From an uncultured Ruminococcus sp. (GTDB lineage Bacteria > Bacillota > Clostridia > Oscillospirales > CAG-272): a DNA stretch of 64,000 nt. The position numbers were made by a program, and so were the translations under genes. Below the pieces are notes generated by a model. That model saw only the letters and a list, made by a program, of their open reading frames with translations. It was not told the origin of the DNA and made no database searches. The stretch spans positions 268,281-332,280 of the forward strand of contig CAZULC010000001.1 of assembly GCA_964621165.1 (NCBI GenBank), read 5' to 3'. Within the stretch, counting starts at the first letter, position 1, and every line of letters starts with the position of its first letter. Shown here one piece after another: positions 26,052 through 36,817 of the stretch.

Positions 26052-27701
26052 ATGAAAAACAAAGTTATTTTGGCGTTACTTTTAGCTTTATGCTTCATTC
26101 CTTCCGTCGTTGCGGTTGCGAGCTACAACTCTACCAAGAACGCGCCGGTTGACGAAAGCACTGCGAACTCCATCTCCATTGATGATGTGAATGGCAAAAA
26201 CTATACCCTTTACAAGACCCGTGACGGCGACGAGGCGGACGTCATCATCCAATACTTCCTCTCCCTCCCGTCAAAGGCTCAGTCGATTGTTGCTCTACCG
26301 GATTCACTCATGGGTCAGCACTTTTTCAAGGTTGAGATTTCCAGTCCGGTGCGTAAGCAGGTGGCGGAGTATTATTTCACCACTGATCCGGACACATGTT
26401 ACTACCGGACCAGCGAGGGTGCAGCCTACAAGCTTGACCCCACTGACGCTGAGGTTTTCATCACGAGCAAGTATGCCGAGTCACTCTACGAGGAGGCTGC
26501 CCTGCCGAAGCTGACCTTATCCGGCGCCTACGACATTCAGCCTGACAGTGCGATTTGGCAGTACAAGAACTACACCGGCGAGTTTGTCGACGCGGACGTT
26601 TCGGAGCAGGTTTTCGAGCATGTGGAGTCCTACGAGCTTGAGGGCGGGCTTGACCTATCCTTTGATTTATTGCCGGATTTATGCACGGTGAAGATCACGG
26701 GCAGCGACGACAATGTATATTTTGACGGAAATTTGGAAGACGTGGGGACCTTCAATCTTTCATCGACTGAGCAGCTGAATGTTGAGGTATCGGCGCGGTG
26801 GTATGAGGACTACACGCGTAGTTTCTGCGGTGAGCTTGAGTACAATTTCACGTCCCTTGTATCGGCTCCGGCTGAGTTTTACATAGCGATGCCCGTCATT
26901 GACGCCGGAAAGTTTACAGCGGTGACTGCGTTAAACGTGACGAATCCGGCGAATGTGCGTTTATCCACCACGATGGAAGACGAGCCGGACATGACGTTCT
27001 ACAAATATGACGACACGACGGCTGTAGGATTCCTACCGATTCCCTTTGACACGCCGGAAGGGGTTTACACTTTGACGTTTGTCTACGGTGGAACGACTCA
27101 GGACATCACGATAACTGTCGAGAGCGAGGGTGAAAAGCGGTCGGATGTTTCCGTTGGTGACGCGATTTTGGCCTACCGCACCGAGGACAGCCTAAGCCAG
27201 TTCGAGACGGTTGCCGCAACTTTAGCCACAAGCGGGTCAACAACGAAGTATTTCAGCGGCTCTTGGGGAACGGGCGTTCCTGACGGTTCAACTCTGATGC
27301 GCGGATTCGGCCGTGATATTTACGTCAACGGCGACGCGACTCCCCTTTACCGGAACAACGGTGTGGATTATCAGGCTTCGGCGGGGCTTGATGTGACTGC
27401 GTGCAACGGCGGCGAAGTGGTTTACGCATCAAGTGAGTGTACTTATGCCGGAAACATGGTGGTTATCGAACACGGGTTCGGATTAAAGACTTGGTACTAC
27501 AACCTTGGCTCTATAGATGTGGCGGTCGGAGACGTGGTTGAAAAGGGCGAGAAAATCGGAACGACGGGTCAGACGGGCTTCGGCTTACAGGTCGGCGCAC
27601 ATGTGGCGATGTCGGTTGGCTCTACGTTTGTCTCCCCCTATGACACTTGGGCGAACTCTGAGAATCACGGCAAGGTTGCCATTGCGAAGATTGACGAATA
27701 A
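26052..27701 (+). CDS. Membrane-anchored M23/LytM-domain protein (active-site residues degenerate)
   Basis: N-terminal TM/signal segment. The C-terminal LytM domain has GEKIGTTGQTG, but NNGVD replaces HxGxD, YYNL replaces YxHL and AHVAM replaces HLH. Confidence 0.8.
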   Translation: MKNKVILALLLALCFIPSVVAVASYNSTKNAPVDESTANSISIDDVNGKNYTLYKTRDGDEADVIIQYFLSLPSKAQSIVALPDSLMGQHFFKVEISSPVRKQVAEYYFTTDPDTCYYRTSEGAAYKLDPTDAEVFITSKYAESLYEEAALPKLTLSGAYDIQPDSAIWQYKNYTGEFVDADVSEQVFEHVESYELEGGLDLSFDLLPDLCTVKITGSDDNVYFDGNLEDVGTFNLSSTEQLNVEVSARWYEDYTRSFCGELEYNFTSLVSAPAEFYIAMPVIDAGKFTAVTALNVTNPANVRLSTTMEDEPDMTFYKYDDTTAVGFLPIPFDTPEGVYTLTFVYGGTTQDITITVESEGEKRSDVSVGDAILAYRTEDSLSQFETVAATLATSGSTTKYFSGSWGTGVPDGSTLMRGFGRDIYVNGDATPLYRNNGVDYQASAGLDVTACNGGEVVYASSECTYAGNMVVIEHGFGLKTWYYNLGSIDVAVGDVVEKGEKIGTTGQTGFGLQVGAHVAMSVGSTFVSPYDTWANSENHGKVAIAKIDE

Positions 27702-27727
27702 ATTGATTTGACGGATAAAAGAAAGAG

Positions 27728-27757
27728 GATCGGGTCAGCTTTGGCGCGGTCTTTTTT
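27728..27757 (+). terminator. Probable intrinsic terminator after the M23 gene
   Basis: Imperfect stem GATCGGGTC..GCGCGGTC followed by T6. Confidence 0.4.
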
Positions 27758-27799
27758 CGTCAGATGGCAGGAAATTTTCCTGTAATGTACAAATAAATG

Positions 27800-27828
27800 T
27801 TGAAAATTGGCTTGGAATTACATAAAAT
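27800..27828 (+). promoter_or_regulatory. Sigma-A type promoter of addB-addA
   Basis: -35 TTGAAA, 17-nt spacer, -10 TAAAAT, 16 nt before the ATG at 27844. Confidence 0.5.
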
Positions 27829-27843
27829 TAATGTGGTGGATGT

Positions 27844-30800
27844 ATGATTCATTTTATAGTCGGGAGAAGCGGATACGGGAAGAGCGGATTCATTGTTCGC
27901 GAAATTGAAAAAATGGTGGAGTCCCGCGTTCGTGGAAAAAGCGGGGTCTTGCTAGTTCCGGAGCAGGAGACGGTGGTCTGGGAGTCGAAGCTGGCGCGGA
28001 TTCTGCCAGCTCGGGCGAACTTATGTTTGGAAGTGACGAACTTCACCCGACTGGCCAACTCGGTTTTCCGGCAGTACGGTGGGCTTGCGGATTCGGTCAT
28101 CGACGACGGCGCGCGGATTTTGATTCTATGGCGTGCCATGCTGTCGGTCTGGGACGATTTGCGGTTTTACAATCATCTATCGGGGCGTGAGGACAGGAAC
28201 ATTCCGGTTCTGCTTTCGGCAATTGACGAGCTGAAACAGAGCGGAATTACCGTTAAAAAAGCGTCGGAAGCCGCAGATCTCATGCTGGCGGATGAGCAAA
28301 ATGGCGAAAATGTTGGTCAAAATGTACAAGGAAATCGACTTTCGGACCGGCTTTCGGACGTGGTTTTGGTGTATTCCGCGTACAATACCCTGCTTCACGA
28401 GGAGTACATTGACAAGGCGGATCTCGAAACCCGGCTGGCTGAGTCTCTGCGGATTCACCCATTCTTCAAAGGTAAAACGGTCTACATTGATTCGTTTCTG
28501 TCGTTCACATCGGGTCAGGTCAAGATAATCCGCGAAATTTTCCGGCAGGCGGACGAGGTTTTCGTCACGTTCATGGCTCCGGTGGAGAATGGGCAGGTTC
28601 CGATTGAAGATGAAGATGGCGGTGCGGATTTGACGTTTTTTGAAACTGAGCAGTGCCTGCGCGACATGAAGATACTCGCGTCCCGAGTGGGAGTGGAGTA
28701 TGATGTGGTTCCGCTGGTCGAAAATTTCCGTCATAAAGGCAAACGCGGGCTTGGTTTGGCAGAAAAATACTTGTTTGACTATACGTATTCCGGTGATGGT
28801 GCACAAAAAGAAGATGATAAAAATGAGTCAGAGTTGTCGGTATTTGACAGAGAAGTGAGCATAATCAGCTGCGGAGACAAATACGGCGAGGGCGAGGCTT
28901 GTGCCATGGCGGCTGCGGGTCTGCTGAAGCGGGGGTATGATTTTTGCGATATCGCAGTAGCCGCGGGCGACGTCAGCAGGTATGATGGGATAGTGGATTC
29001 ATCTTTGCGGCGGCATGGATTCCCAGTGGATATGTCGAAGTCCACAAATGCAACGTTGAATCAAACGATAAAATTTATACAATGTGCTCTAGCGGTAGGT
29101 GCGGGAGGCTGGAGACGCGAAGATATAATCAGGTTAGTGAAAACCGGCCTGACAAATCTTTCAGGAAACGCCGAACTTCCGGATTTTGCGGCGGAATATT
29201 TCGAAAGCTACGTGAACACATGGGAAATCAGCGGCCGGAAAAGCTACACTGGCAGCGGCTGGTCCATGAATCCGGCGGGGTACAAGATTGGAATTAGTGA
29301 ATACGGTAAAAAAATGCTTACAATAGTGAATCAGGCAAAGGAGACGCTGGTTCCGCCGCTGAATGAGCTTCTGTCGGTGTTCGATGATGGTGCGGCTGAA
29401 ATTCGTCGAATTGCCGAAAAAATTGTTGAATATGCCGAAGCGGTAAATCTGCGAAAAGGCTTGAATCGGCTTGCGTCCGAGCAGAAAAAAGCGGGACTCA
29501 TGGCGGATGGGCTGAAAACCGAGTCCGGATGGCAGGTCTTGTGCGAAATACTCGACAAAATGGTGAAATTCCTCGGCGATTCACGGTGCGACTGTCAGCG
29601 ATTCTTGGGCCTATTCTCGAAAGTTGCGGCTGAAACCGACGTGGGCAGCATCCCTTCCGGAATCAACGAAATCATCATGGGCAATGCTCAGGGAATCCGG
29701 TTCGATGGGCGAAAATGTATAATTATACTTGGCTCAAACGATGGAGAGTTCCCGGGAAGCGGCGGCGCGGTCAGGTCGTATTTTGGCAAAAAAGAGCGTG
29801 AAATTTTGGCTGAATACGGCTTGGTTCTCGATGAAGGAATAGGGGATCTGTCGGCGGTTCGCGAGTATTGCATGTATTATCGTGCGGTGGCTGCGGCTTC
29901 GGACAAGCTGATTGTGCTGTGTGACAGCGATCGGGATGAGTCAATCTCGGAAGGCGCGCGTCGGCTCAGGCAAATCTGCGGGGTCAATGTAGTCAGGATG
30001 GACGAACTCGACGAATCGGACGCGGTGTATGATAAGTCAAGTCTCGAGCGTTATCTGGTCCGGCACGGATGCGAAGATGTCAAGGAAATTGCAGAATCAA
30101 TATGCAAAACCGGCGAAAATGAACCGAAAATAATAGAAAATCAACATCGGGCCGAAGAATATACCACGGGTGAGCAGATAAGCCTGTTCTTGGAGGATGA
30201 AGAAGTACTATATTTGTCACAAACGAAAATTGAGACATATGTCAAGTGTCCGTTCGACTATGGGTGCAAGTATGTCCTCGGAATCAAACCAAAAGCTGTT
30301 GGCCGAATCACGCCGCCGGACATCGGTTCGCTCATGCACCGGATGCTGCAGGAATTCTTTGAGAAAAATCCGCCGGAAGAATACGAAATGCTTATGAATA
30401 ATTCGGAAGAGCTTGACAAGCGTATAGATCGAATTTTAGATAATTGCAAATCGGAATTAAAGGAAAATGTTGGCAATCTCGAGAACCGGATTGAATATTT
30501 ATTCGTACGAATGAGAAAGCACCTGACGCTGTTTGTACGCAAAGCGATTGTAGAACTGCGGTCAGGCGAGTTCAAGCCGGTTTACTTCGAGAAGAAAATC
30601 GGAAGAGGTGGGATTCCATCAATTGTTGTAGAGGCAGAGAATGGATGTTCGATCGTGGTGGAAGGAATAGCGGACAGAGTTGATTTTGCGGAAGTCGACG
30701 GCCAAGAATTCGTTCAAATTGTGGATTACAAAACTGGAAGCAAGAAATTCTCGCTGGAAAAAGCGCTCCAAGGCGTGGGAATACAGCTGTTGGTGTATCT

Positions 30801-31185
30801 TTCGTCGATTGTAATGTCGAACAAAAAATATCGTCCCGGACGTGCGCTGTATTTTTCGACGAACATGACTGGCGTGAAGGTAGAGCCTGGCGAGAGTGAG
30901 GATGAAGTATTGTCGAAGGCGGAAGAAGCGATTGCGGTCAGCGGCCTTGTAAATTCACAATTTGTTGAAAACGACAAAGATAATAAGAAATACGATATAA
31001 TAGACGAAAATGAATTTGAAGCGGTGTTCAACGACATGAATGAGTTGATAAGAATAATCGGAAGCAAAATAATGCAAAAGCAGTTTGGGGCATCACCGCG
31101 CGAATTTGACAGAGTTCTGCCGTGCAATTATTGCGAGAATGCTTACATTTGCAGAAGAAAACGTGGAGGCGAGGCCAATGGGTGA
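27844..31185 (+). CDS. addB: ATP-dependent helicase/deoxyribonuclease subunit B
   Basis: N-terminal GRSGYGKSG P-loop. C-terminal RecB-type nuclease with a Cys cluster (CPFDYGCKY .. LPCNYCENAYIC). It overlaps addA by 8 nt. Confidence 0.92.
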   Translation: MIHFIVGRSGYGKSGFIVREIEKMVESRVRGKSGVLLVPEQETVVWESKLARILPARANLCLEVTNFTRLANSVFRQYGGLADSVIDDGARILILWRAMLSVWDDLRFYNHLSGREDRNIPVLLSAIDELKQSGITVKKASEAADLMLADEQNGENVGQNVQGNRLSDRLSDVVLVYSAYNTLLHEEYIDKADLETRLAESLRIHPFFKGKTVYIDSFLSFTSGQVKIIREIFRQADEVFVTFMAPVENGQVPIEDEDGGADLTFFETEQCLRDMKILASRVGVEYDVVPLVENFRHKGKRGLGLAEKYLFDYTYSGDGAQKEDDKNESELSVFDREVSIISCGDKYGEGEACAMAAAGLLKRGYDFCDIAVAAGDVSRYDGIVDSSLRRHGFPVDMSKSTNATLNQTIKFIQCALAVGAGGWRREDIIRLVKTGLTNLSGNAELPDFAAEYFESYVNTWEISGRKSYTGSGWSMNPAGYKIGISEYGKKMLTIVNQAKETLVPPLNELLSVFDDGAAEIRRIAEKIVEYAEAVNLRKGLNRLASEQKKAGLMADGLKTESGWQVLCEILDKMVKFLGDSRCDCQRFLGLFSKVAAETDVGSIPSGINEIIMGNAQGIRFDGRKCIIILGSNDGEFPGSGGAVRSYFGKKEREILAEYGLVLDEGIGDLSAVREYCMYYRAVAAASDKLIVLCDSDRDESISEGARRLRQICGVNVVRMDELDESDAVYDKSSLERYLVRHGCEDVKEIAESICKTGENEPKIIENQHRAEEYTTGEQISLFLEDEEVLYLSQTKIETYVKCPFDYGCKYVLGIKPKAVGRITPPDIGSLMHRMLQEFFEKNPPEEYEMLMNNSEELDKRIDRILDNCKSELKENVGNLENRIEYLFVRMRKHLTLFVRKAIVELRSGEFKPVYFEKKIGRGGIPSIVVEAENGCSIVVEGIADRVDFAEVDGQEFVQIVDYKTGSKKFSLEKALQGVGIQLLVYLSSIVMSNKKYRPGRALYFSTNMTGVKVEPGESEDEVLSKAEEAIAVSGLVNSQFVENDKDNKKYDIIDENEFEAVFNDMNELIRIIGSKIMQKQFGASPREFDRVLPCNYCENAYICRRKRGGEANG

Positions 31186-34100
31186 AGTAAAATACACGGA
31201 GTCACAGCTCAGGGCGATAAATTTTGATGGAAATAATTTACTTTTATCGGCAGCGGCTGGAAGCGGAAAAACAGCGACTTTGGCTGCGCGAATTGTGGCT
31301 TTGATAAGTGAAGGGAAATGCGATATTGACGAGATGTTGATCGTCACGTTCACCAGAGCCGCTGCAGCTGAAATGAAAAGCAGGATCAGAAAGAAGTTGA
31401 TTGAGCTAAGAAATGAAAAAATATACAAAGCGCATTCATCTGTGAAGTGGCTGAATCTGCAGCTGTCGAAGCTTGAAAACGCAGAAATCTGCACGATAGA
31501 TTCGTTCCTTTACAAAAACATGCGACAGTACTTCCCGCTGGCGGAATTTTCCGGTGATTCGAGAATCGCTTCCGAGAGAGAAATTGACGAACTCAAAGCA
31601 AATGTCATGAAAGAAGTCGTCGATGAGATATTTGATGAACCCGAAAATCACAAAATATCTCACGAAAAATGGCAAAGTTTATGCAATATGATCAATCAGA
31701 CGCGGGATACGTCAAAGATAGACAGTGTACTTTTGGATATCGCGGATGAGCTGGAATCAAAAGATGTTGATGTGGAACAACTTTTGAACAAATACGGTAA
31801 GGACGGAATCGGGGATGCAGAAATTGTTGACTGGCTCAAGGAATATTTACAAATATTCATAGAACACTATAAATATGCATACAAAAAATCGCTCGAAATG
31901 TTATCAACTGACGAAGACGCGATGAAAAAATTGGGAAAAGCATGTAAATCCGATTTGGCATTCATCATGAATTTGGAAATAATATGCAGTAGCGCCAATT
32001 CTGAAATGGAAATAATAGGAAAAGAGATTGCATCCTTTTCATTCGAACGACTCGGATCTGTGAAAGAGAAGACCGAAGAGACTGAATTGTTCAAAGCGCT
32101 GCGAGAAAATTTCAAAAAAGACTTAAATGATTTACGAGAAAAATTCTTTGAATTCAGCAAGGCTGAAATTGAGAGCGGAAAACAGGAATCGCAGGAAAAT
32201 ATTCTGACAATTTTACAAGTGCTAAATGAATATTATGCAAAAATAAGATATGAAAAAATCGCAAAGGGTTTTATCTCTTACCACGACCTAGAGATTATAT
32301 CATATAGAATACTTATAGAAAATAGGCAAATTGCACAAAACGTCGGACAGAAGTACAAATACATTTTCATCGACGAATATCAGGACACGAACCGGATTCA
32401 GGATGAAATTTTCTGCATGATTAGCGACAATTCCTCGCGCTTTTTGGTAGGTGACATCAAACAATCAATCTACAGGTTCCGCGGCGCCGAACCAATGATT
32501 TTCAACGGGTACCGGCGCGACTGGTCCGCTGACGGAAATGTGATTTTTATGAGCGAAAACTTCAGGTGCTCCCGCGAGATTGTTCGCACGGTAAACCGGA
32601 TTTCAAGCGAAATCATGCCGTACAGCGACGTCGACTATTGCGAAGACGACAACCTGATATATGCAAAGAGCGAAGAAAAAGAGATCGTGACGCAATCAGA
32701 AGTAGCGCTGATTGAGAAAAAGCGTAAAAAGAAAACTGATGAATCAGCTGAAATTGAGAATCCTGAAGCAGAATATGCATCAATATACATAAAACATGCA
32801 ATCGGCAGGTTTGATGAAAAGTGCGGCAAAATCATCGAACCGGACGATATTGCTATTATTATGCGCAGTCCGGCGTCCCATGGTATAGAATTTTGCGATG
32901 CTCTGGCAAGGCGAGGGATTAAGAGCAGACTAAAAAAAGAAGCTCCACTCGTGGAATTTGCAGGAGTGAAGCTGATTATGTGTGCTCTTGAAGCGATAAA
33001 CAATCCGCTCGATGACGTGTGCCTTGTCGGCTTGGCGCAATCGGAGTTATTTGGCTTTTCAATGGATGATTTGATATGTATAAAAAAAATGTCAGATGGT
33101 TTGCCGTACTACTCCGGAATTGTCGAATCTCAACGCTTGCATAATAAAAATGAACTGACAAAGAAATGTGAAAGATTGATTAATTGGGTGCAGGATTATC
33201 GGACAAAGGCTTCTGTTATGAATGTCAGTCTACTTGTTGATTTGATTATCAATGATGATAATATTTTGTTGTTTGACGAGATTAAGTCGGATCCAAATGA
33301 GAGTGTGGCGCTCAATAGATTGTGTGATATGGCACGTGAATATTCAGTAAATGCTGCGGATGGTGGTAGAATTGCAGGATTTTTGGAAATGGCTTATGAT
33401 GAAATTGAAGACAGCATATCTACCGATGAAGATGATGGTGAAAAAAACGCCGTTTCGATAATTAGTACACATTCTTCAAAAGGACTTGAATATCCAATCG
33501 TGATTTTGTGCGAAACGTCAAGGGCGAGATCGAAACAGGATGAGATGAAGCCGTTCATAATTGACAAAGATTTGGGAATTGGCCTGAAAATTGCCGACAG
33601 CACAGGGTTTGGAATAAGAGATACACTTGCAAGGCGGATTCTGGCGAAGAAAAATGATTTGACCAACGCATCTGAAGAAATGCGAATGCTCTATGTTGCA
33701 ATGACCCGTGCGAAATGCAAACTTTTGATAACTGCGGTCGTAAGCGACATCGACAAAGCTCTCGCTCAGGCACATGTTAACAAAATATATAAAAGCAAAT
33801 ATTCTGTACTTGAATGCGGAAGCTACATTGAGTGGATTCTGATGTCACTTGACGGAGAAGATTACAGTGAGTACTTGAAGATAAACGAGATTCGAGACCT
33901 GAATAATTATTTAGCTGATGAGAAAAAGTCGGAAAATGGCGAAAAGTTTGATGATCGGAATGTGACAAATAATTGTATTGATGAAGAAAAAATCTCGCTT
34001 GTCGAAGAACATTCTTCGATTGATGAAATAATTAATAAAATACCTTCAAAAATCGCTGCCGCTAAGGTAAGTCCGGATTTTCTCGACAAGAACTGTGCGG

Positions 34101-34741
34101 AATACAAAAAATCGGACGAAAGCAGAGATGAAGCTGTTGAAGAAGAAGTCGTGCTTCCGGATTTTATGACAGGCAAAAAGAAGTCCGCGGCTGAAAAGGG
34201 AAACGCAATGCACCGATTTATGCAATTTATGAATATAAATACGCTCAAAAATGATGGAATCGCAGCCGAAATTGAGAGACTTCAAGCTGAAAAATATCTG
34301 AGCGAGGCGGAAGTCGGACTGCTAAACAAACAGCAAATCAAACGGTTTGTGCAAAGTAAACTTTACAAGGAAATGCTCGAAACTGACTTCATCGAAAGGG
34401 AATTTCGGTTCAACGTGCCGATTCCTGCGTGGGAGATGACGGAAAAACCGGAGCTGCGCGAAGAACTAAAAAAACGCAGAACGTGCGTCACAGTTCAGGG
34501 CGTGGTCGACTGCGTTTTACGTGATTCTACGAGCGGCGAGTTGATTTTGGTGGATTACAAGACGGATTCGCTGACGAGAAATGAGTTTGCTGACAAAGAA
34601 GCCGGGCGAATGAAGCTGATTGAAGGGCACAAATCGCAACTGTTGACGTACAAGAAAATTTGCGAGATGATGTTTGAAGAGCCGATTTCGCGCGCCTGCA
34701 TATATTCGACAGTTCTCGGGGAACTGATCGATGTTGAATAA
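31178..34741 (+). CDS. addA: ATP-dependent helicase/nuclease subunit A
   Basis: UvrD-type motifs AAAGSGKT, FIDEYQDTN and VGDIKQSIYRFRGA. C-terminal nuclease motif LILVDYKTD. ATG 31178 (MGEVKYTESQL) is preferred to the track start at 31085, which lies inside addB. Confidence 0.95.
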   Translation: MGEVKYTESQLRAINFDGNNLLLSAAAGSGKTATLAARIVALISEGKCDIDEMLIVTFTRAAAAEMKSRIRKKLIELRNEKIYKAHSSVKWLNLQLSKLENAEICTIDSFLYKNMRQYFPLAEFSGDSRIASEREIDELKANVMKEVVDEIFDEPENHKISHEKWQSLCNMINQTRDTSKIDSVLLDIADELESKDVDVEQLLNKYGKDGIGDAEIVDWLKEYLQIFIEHYKYAYKKSLEMLSTDEDAMKKLGKACKSDLAFIMNLEIICSSANSEMEIIGKEIASFSFERLGSVKEKTEETELFKALRENFKKDLNDLREKFFEFSKAEIESGKQESQENILTILQVLNEYYAKIRYEKIAKGFISYHDLEIISYRILIENRQIAQNVGQKYKYIFIDEYQDTNRIQDEIFCMISDNSSRFLVGDIKQSIYRFRGAEPMIFNGYRRDWSADGNVIFMSENFRCSREIVRTVNRISSEIMPYSDVDYCEDDNLIYAKSEEKEIVTQSEVALIEKKRKKKTDESAEIENPEAEYASIYIKHAIGRFDEKCGKIIEPDDIAIIMRSPASHGIEFCDALARRGIKSRLKKEAPLVEFAGVKLIMCALEAINNPLDDVCLVGLAQSELFGFSMDDLICIKKMSDGLPYYSGIVESQRLHNKNELTKKCERLINWVQDYRTKASVMNVSLLVDLIINDDNILLFDEIKSDPNESVALNRLCDMAREYSVNAADGGRIAGFLEMAYDEIEDSISTDEDDGEKNAVSIISTHSSKGLEYPIVILCETSRARSKQDEMKPFIIDKDLGIGLKIADSTGFGIRDTLARRILAKKNDLTNASEEMRMLYVAMTRAKCKLLITAVVSDIDKALAQAHVNKIYKSKYSVLECGSYIEWILMSLDGEDYSEYLKINEIRDLNNYLADEKKSENGEKFDDRNVTNNCIDEEKISLVEEHSSIDEIINKIPSKIAAAKVSPDFLDKNCAEYKKSDESRDEAVEEEVVLPDFMTGKKKSAAEKGNAMHRFMQFMNINTLKNDGIAAEIERLQAEKYLSEAEVGLLNKQQIKRFVQSKLYKEMLETDFIEREFRFNVPIPAWEMTEKPELREELKKRRTCVTVQGVVDCVLRDSTSGELILVDYKTDSLTRNEFADKEAGRMKLIEGHKSQLLTYKKICEMMFEEPISRACIYSTVLGELIDVE

Positions 34742-34750
34742 ATATGCAAA

Positions 34751-36766
34751 TCAAGGGGCAGGAAACAGCATTTCGTCGACGAATTTTTCGGTGAAGCTTG
34801 ACTCGGATGACAGCTCAATGTAAACTAAGTTTGTCAAAAAAACGGATAAATTATTTCTGAATGCCGAATTAATCATGAATTCGATCGCGCCTTTTGCGGA
34901 GGTGTTGCCAACTGCTTCTGTGATGGACGCGGTATTTCCGTTGACTTCGGGCAGAAGACCGATTCTTGCGGCTTTTTCTGGGTTGATTCCGCCACCAAAG
35001 GAACCTGCGAGATAAATTATGTCGACAGAAGAGAACAAAAGTTCTGCCAACTTGACAAGAACAGCTGTACCTGCGGCGATTGCGGATTTTGCTATCTGCA
35101 CTTGTCGAATGTCACTGTTGGTCAACTGAATCGGCGGATTTTTGCTGAGATATACAGCGGTTTTTCCTGACTCTGATTCGGATATATGCCGCTTGAAAAC
35201 CGAATAAACGTTTGTGAAAGCTGGGTTTTCGGGCTCACCATCGTCGCGGATTCGTCCGTATTCGGTGACAAGTCCGGCGTCGAGGGCCGCGGCAACTGCG
35301 CTGATTATTCCGCTTCCGCAGATTCCTCTCGGCGGTGCGTCGGCGATTGTTCTCAAGTCGAACTCTCCCGAATCCAGATTCAGCTCAACTGAATAAATCG
35401 CGCCATCGACTGCTGGGAGTCCGTATTTTATGTTTGCTCCTTCGAGAGCCGGACCTGCCGCAGTTGCCGCAAGATAGAATTTGCTGGTGGAATTATACAA
35501 CTCACCACCATTCCTAATGACACAGATTTCGCCATTTGTGCCTAAATCGAGGATAATTGCGTTTTGTGAAGCAAGCTCGGGTTTGGATGTGACGAGATAC
35601 GTCACGCCGAATGAAATGTCACCTCCGACGTATGACGCGGGAAGCGGTGCGAGGTAAATCGGTGCGTTGGGGTGAGCAAGAGTTAGGCCGGCGGCGGTTG
35701 TGCATTCGCTTGATTTAATTGTAAAGCCGAATTTTGTCGGAAGTGTGAAAGGGGAAGTTGAGATTGACTTGGTGTCGATTCCGGCGAACATATGCTCCAT
35801 TACAGAGTTGCCGGCGAGCGTACAAAAAGTAATGTCGTCAGTTGTGAATGAAGCGTCGATTTGCTCTAATAGAGAACAAATGTTGCTGCAGATTGAATCT
35901 CTTAAGCAGAACATAAGATCGCTGGCGCCACTTGAGCTATCGGAAGAGTAGGACATTCTTGATATCACATCGGCTCCGAACTTGCGCTGAGGATTCTCGA
36001 AAACCCGGTTCCCGAGGACTTTTCCATCGGACAAATCGACAATTGCGGCGCATATTGTGGTCGTTCCTAAATCGACTGCAAGCCCGAGCGCTGGATTAGT
36101 TGAATTATGAACTTTAACAACGGTAATATACGACGTTTCATCTGACTGGACTGTCGGAAATATGCGTGACAGGACGAGCAAAATTCTTGCTTTTCCTTCA
36201 TGCATTGCACGGCTGACCTGAGAGAGAACATCGGCTGGGATTTCTATTATTGCTTCCTTGAATTCTGCAAGAATATGCAATTCACTGGATAGGGACAAAA
36301 CCTCGCGCAGAATCTCGTCGGTTGATTTTTTGTTATTCGGAGAGATCTTTGGAAGGGAAACTTCAACTGTCACCGACAAAGGTGAGAACGCGGAACCTCT
36401 TGTGTGATTGCTTGTTTTTATCGCGTCCGTGCCGGAAAGCTCGCTGTAGTCGGGAAGGTACACATCGGATATGCCACTGGCTGGAGTTTTACAAATGAGA
36501 ACCGGAAACGCTGATTTACCAGAGTTTTCATCAAAATGAGTCGATTTAAGCAGATTTTGAAGCTCGTCCGGCGATAGCGTAAGGCTTTCTGATGCCAAAC
36601 ATTCGCTGTCGTGTACTGCTATGGCAGTGCATTTTTTACATACTCCGTGACCACCGCAGGGAACGCGAAGTTTAATTTTCGATTGAGGCGCGAGTATTTC
36701 GTACAGTGTTTTGTTCGCGTCCGTTGCGGGAATGGAGAACGTTTTGTTCATAAAATGCACAATCAT
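34751..36766 (-). CDS. 2Fe-2S ferredoxin / ASKHA ATPase fusion (DUF4445, RACo-like corrinoid reductive activator family)
   Basis: N-terminal CGGHGVCKKCTA ferredoxin motif and central AVDLGTTTICAA ASKHA phosphate-1 motif. AGAGG SD. Confidence 0.7.
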   Translation of the reverse strand: MIVHFMNKTFSIPATDANKTLYEILAPQSKIKLRVPCGGHGVCKKCTAIAVHDSECLASESLTLSPDELQNLLKSTHFDENSGKSAFPVLICKTPASGISDVYLPDYSELSGTDAIKTSNHTRGSAFSPLSVTVEVSLPKISPNNKKSTDEILREVLSLSSELHILAEFKEAIIEIPADVLSQVSRAMHEGKARILLVLSRIFPTVQSDETSYITVVKVHNSTNPALGLAVDLGTTTICAAIVDLSDGKVLGNRVFENPQRKFGADVISRMSYSSDSSSGASDLMFCLRDSICSNICSLLEQIDASFTTDDITFCTLAGNSVMEHMFAGIDTKSISTSPFTLPTKFGFTIKSSECTTAAGLTLAHPNAPIYLAPLPASYVGGDISFGVTYLVTSKPELASQNAIILDLGTNGEICVIRNGGELYNSTSKFYLAATAAGPALEGANIKYGLPAVDGAIYSVELNLDSGEFDLRTIADAPPRGICGSGIISAVAAALDAGLVTEYGRIRDDGEPENPAFTNVYSVFKRHISESESGKTAVYLSKNPPIQLTNSDIRQVQIAKSAIAAGTAVLVKLAELLFSSVDIIYLAGSFGGGINPEKAARIGLLPEVNGNTASITEAVGNTSAKGAIEFMINSAFRNNLSVFLTNLVYIELSSESSFTEKFVDEMLFPAP

Positions 36767-36817
36767 GACGTACCTCTGAATTTGTGATAACCCAAAAATG
36801 AATATAGACAGGAATAA

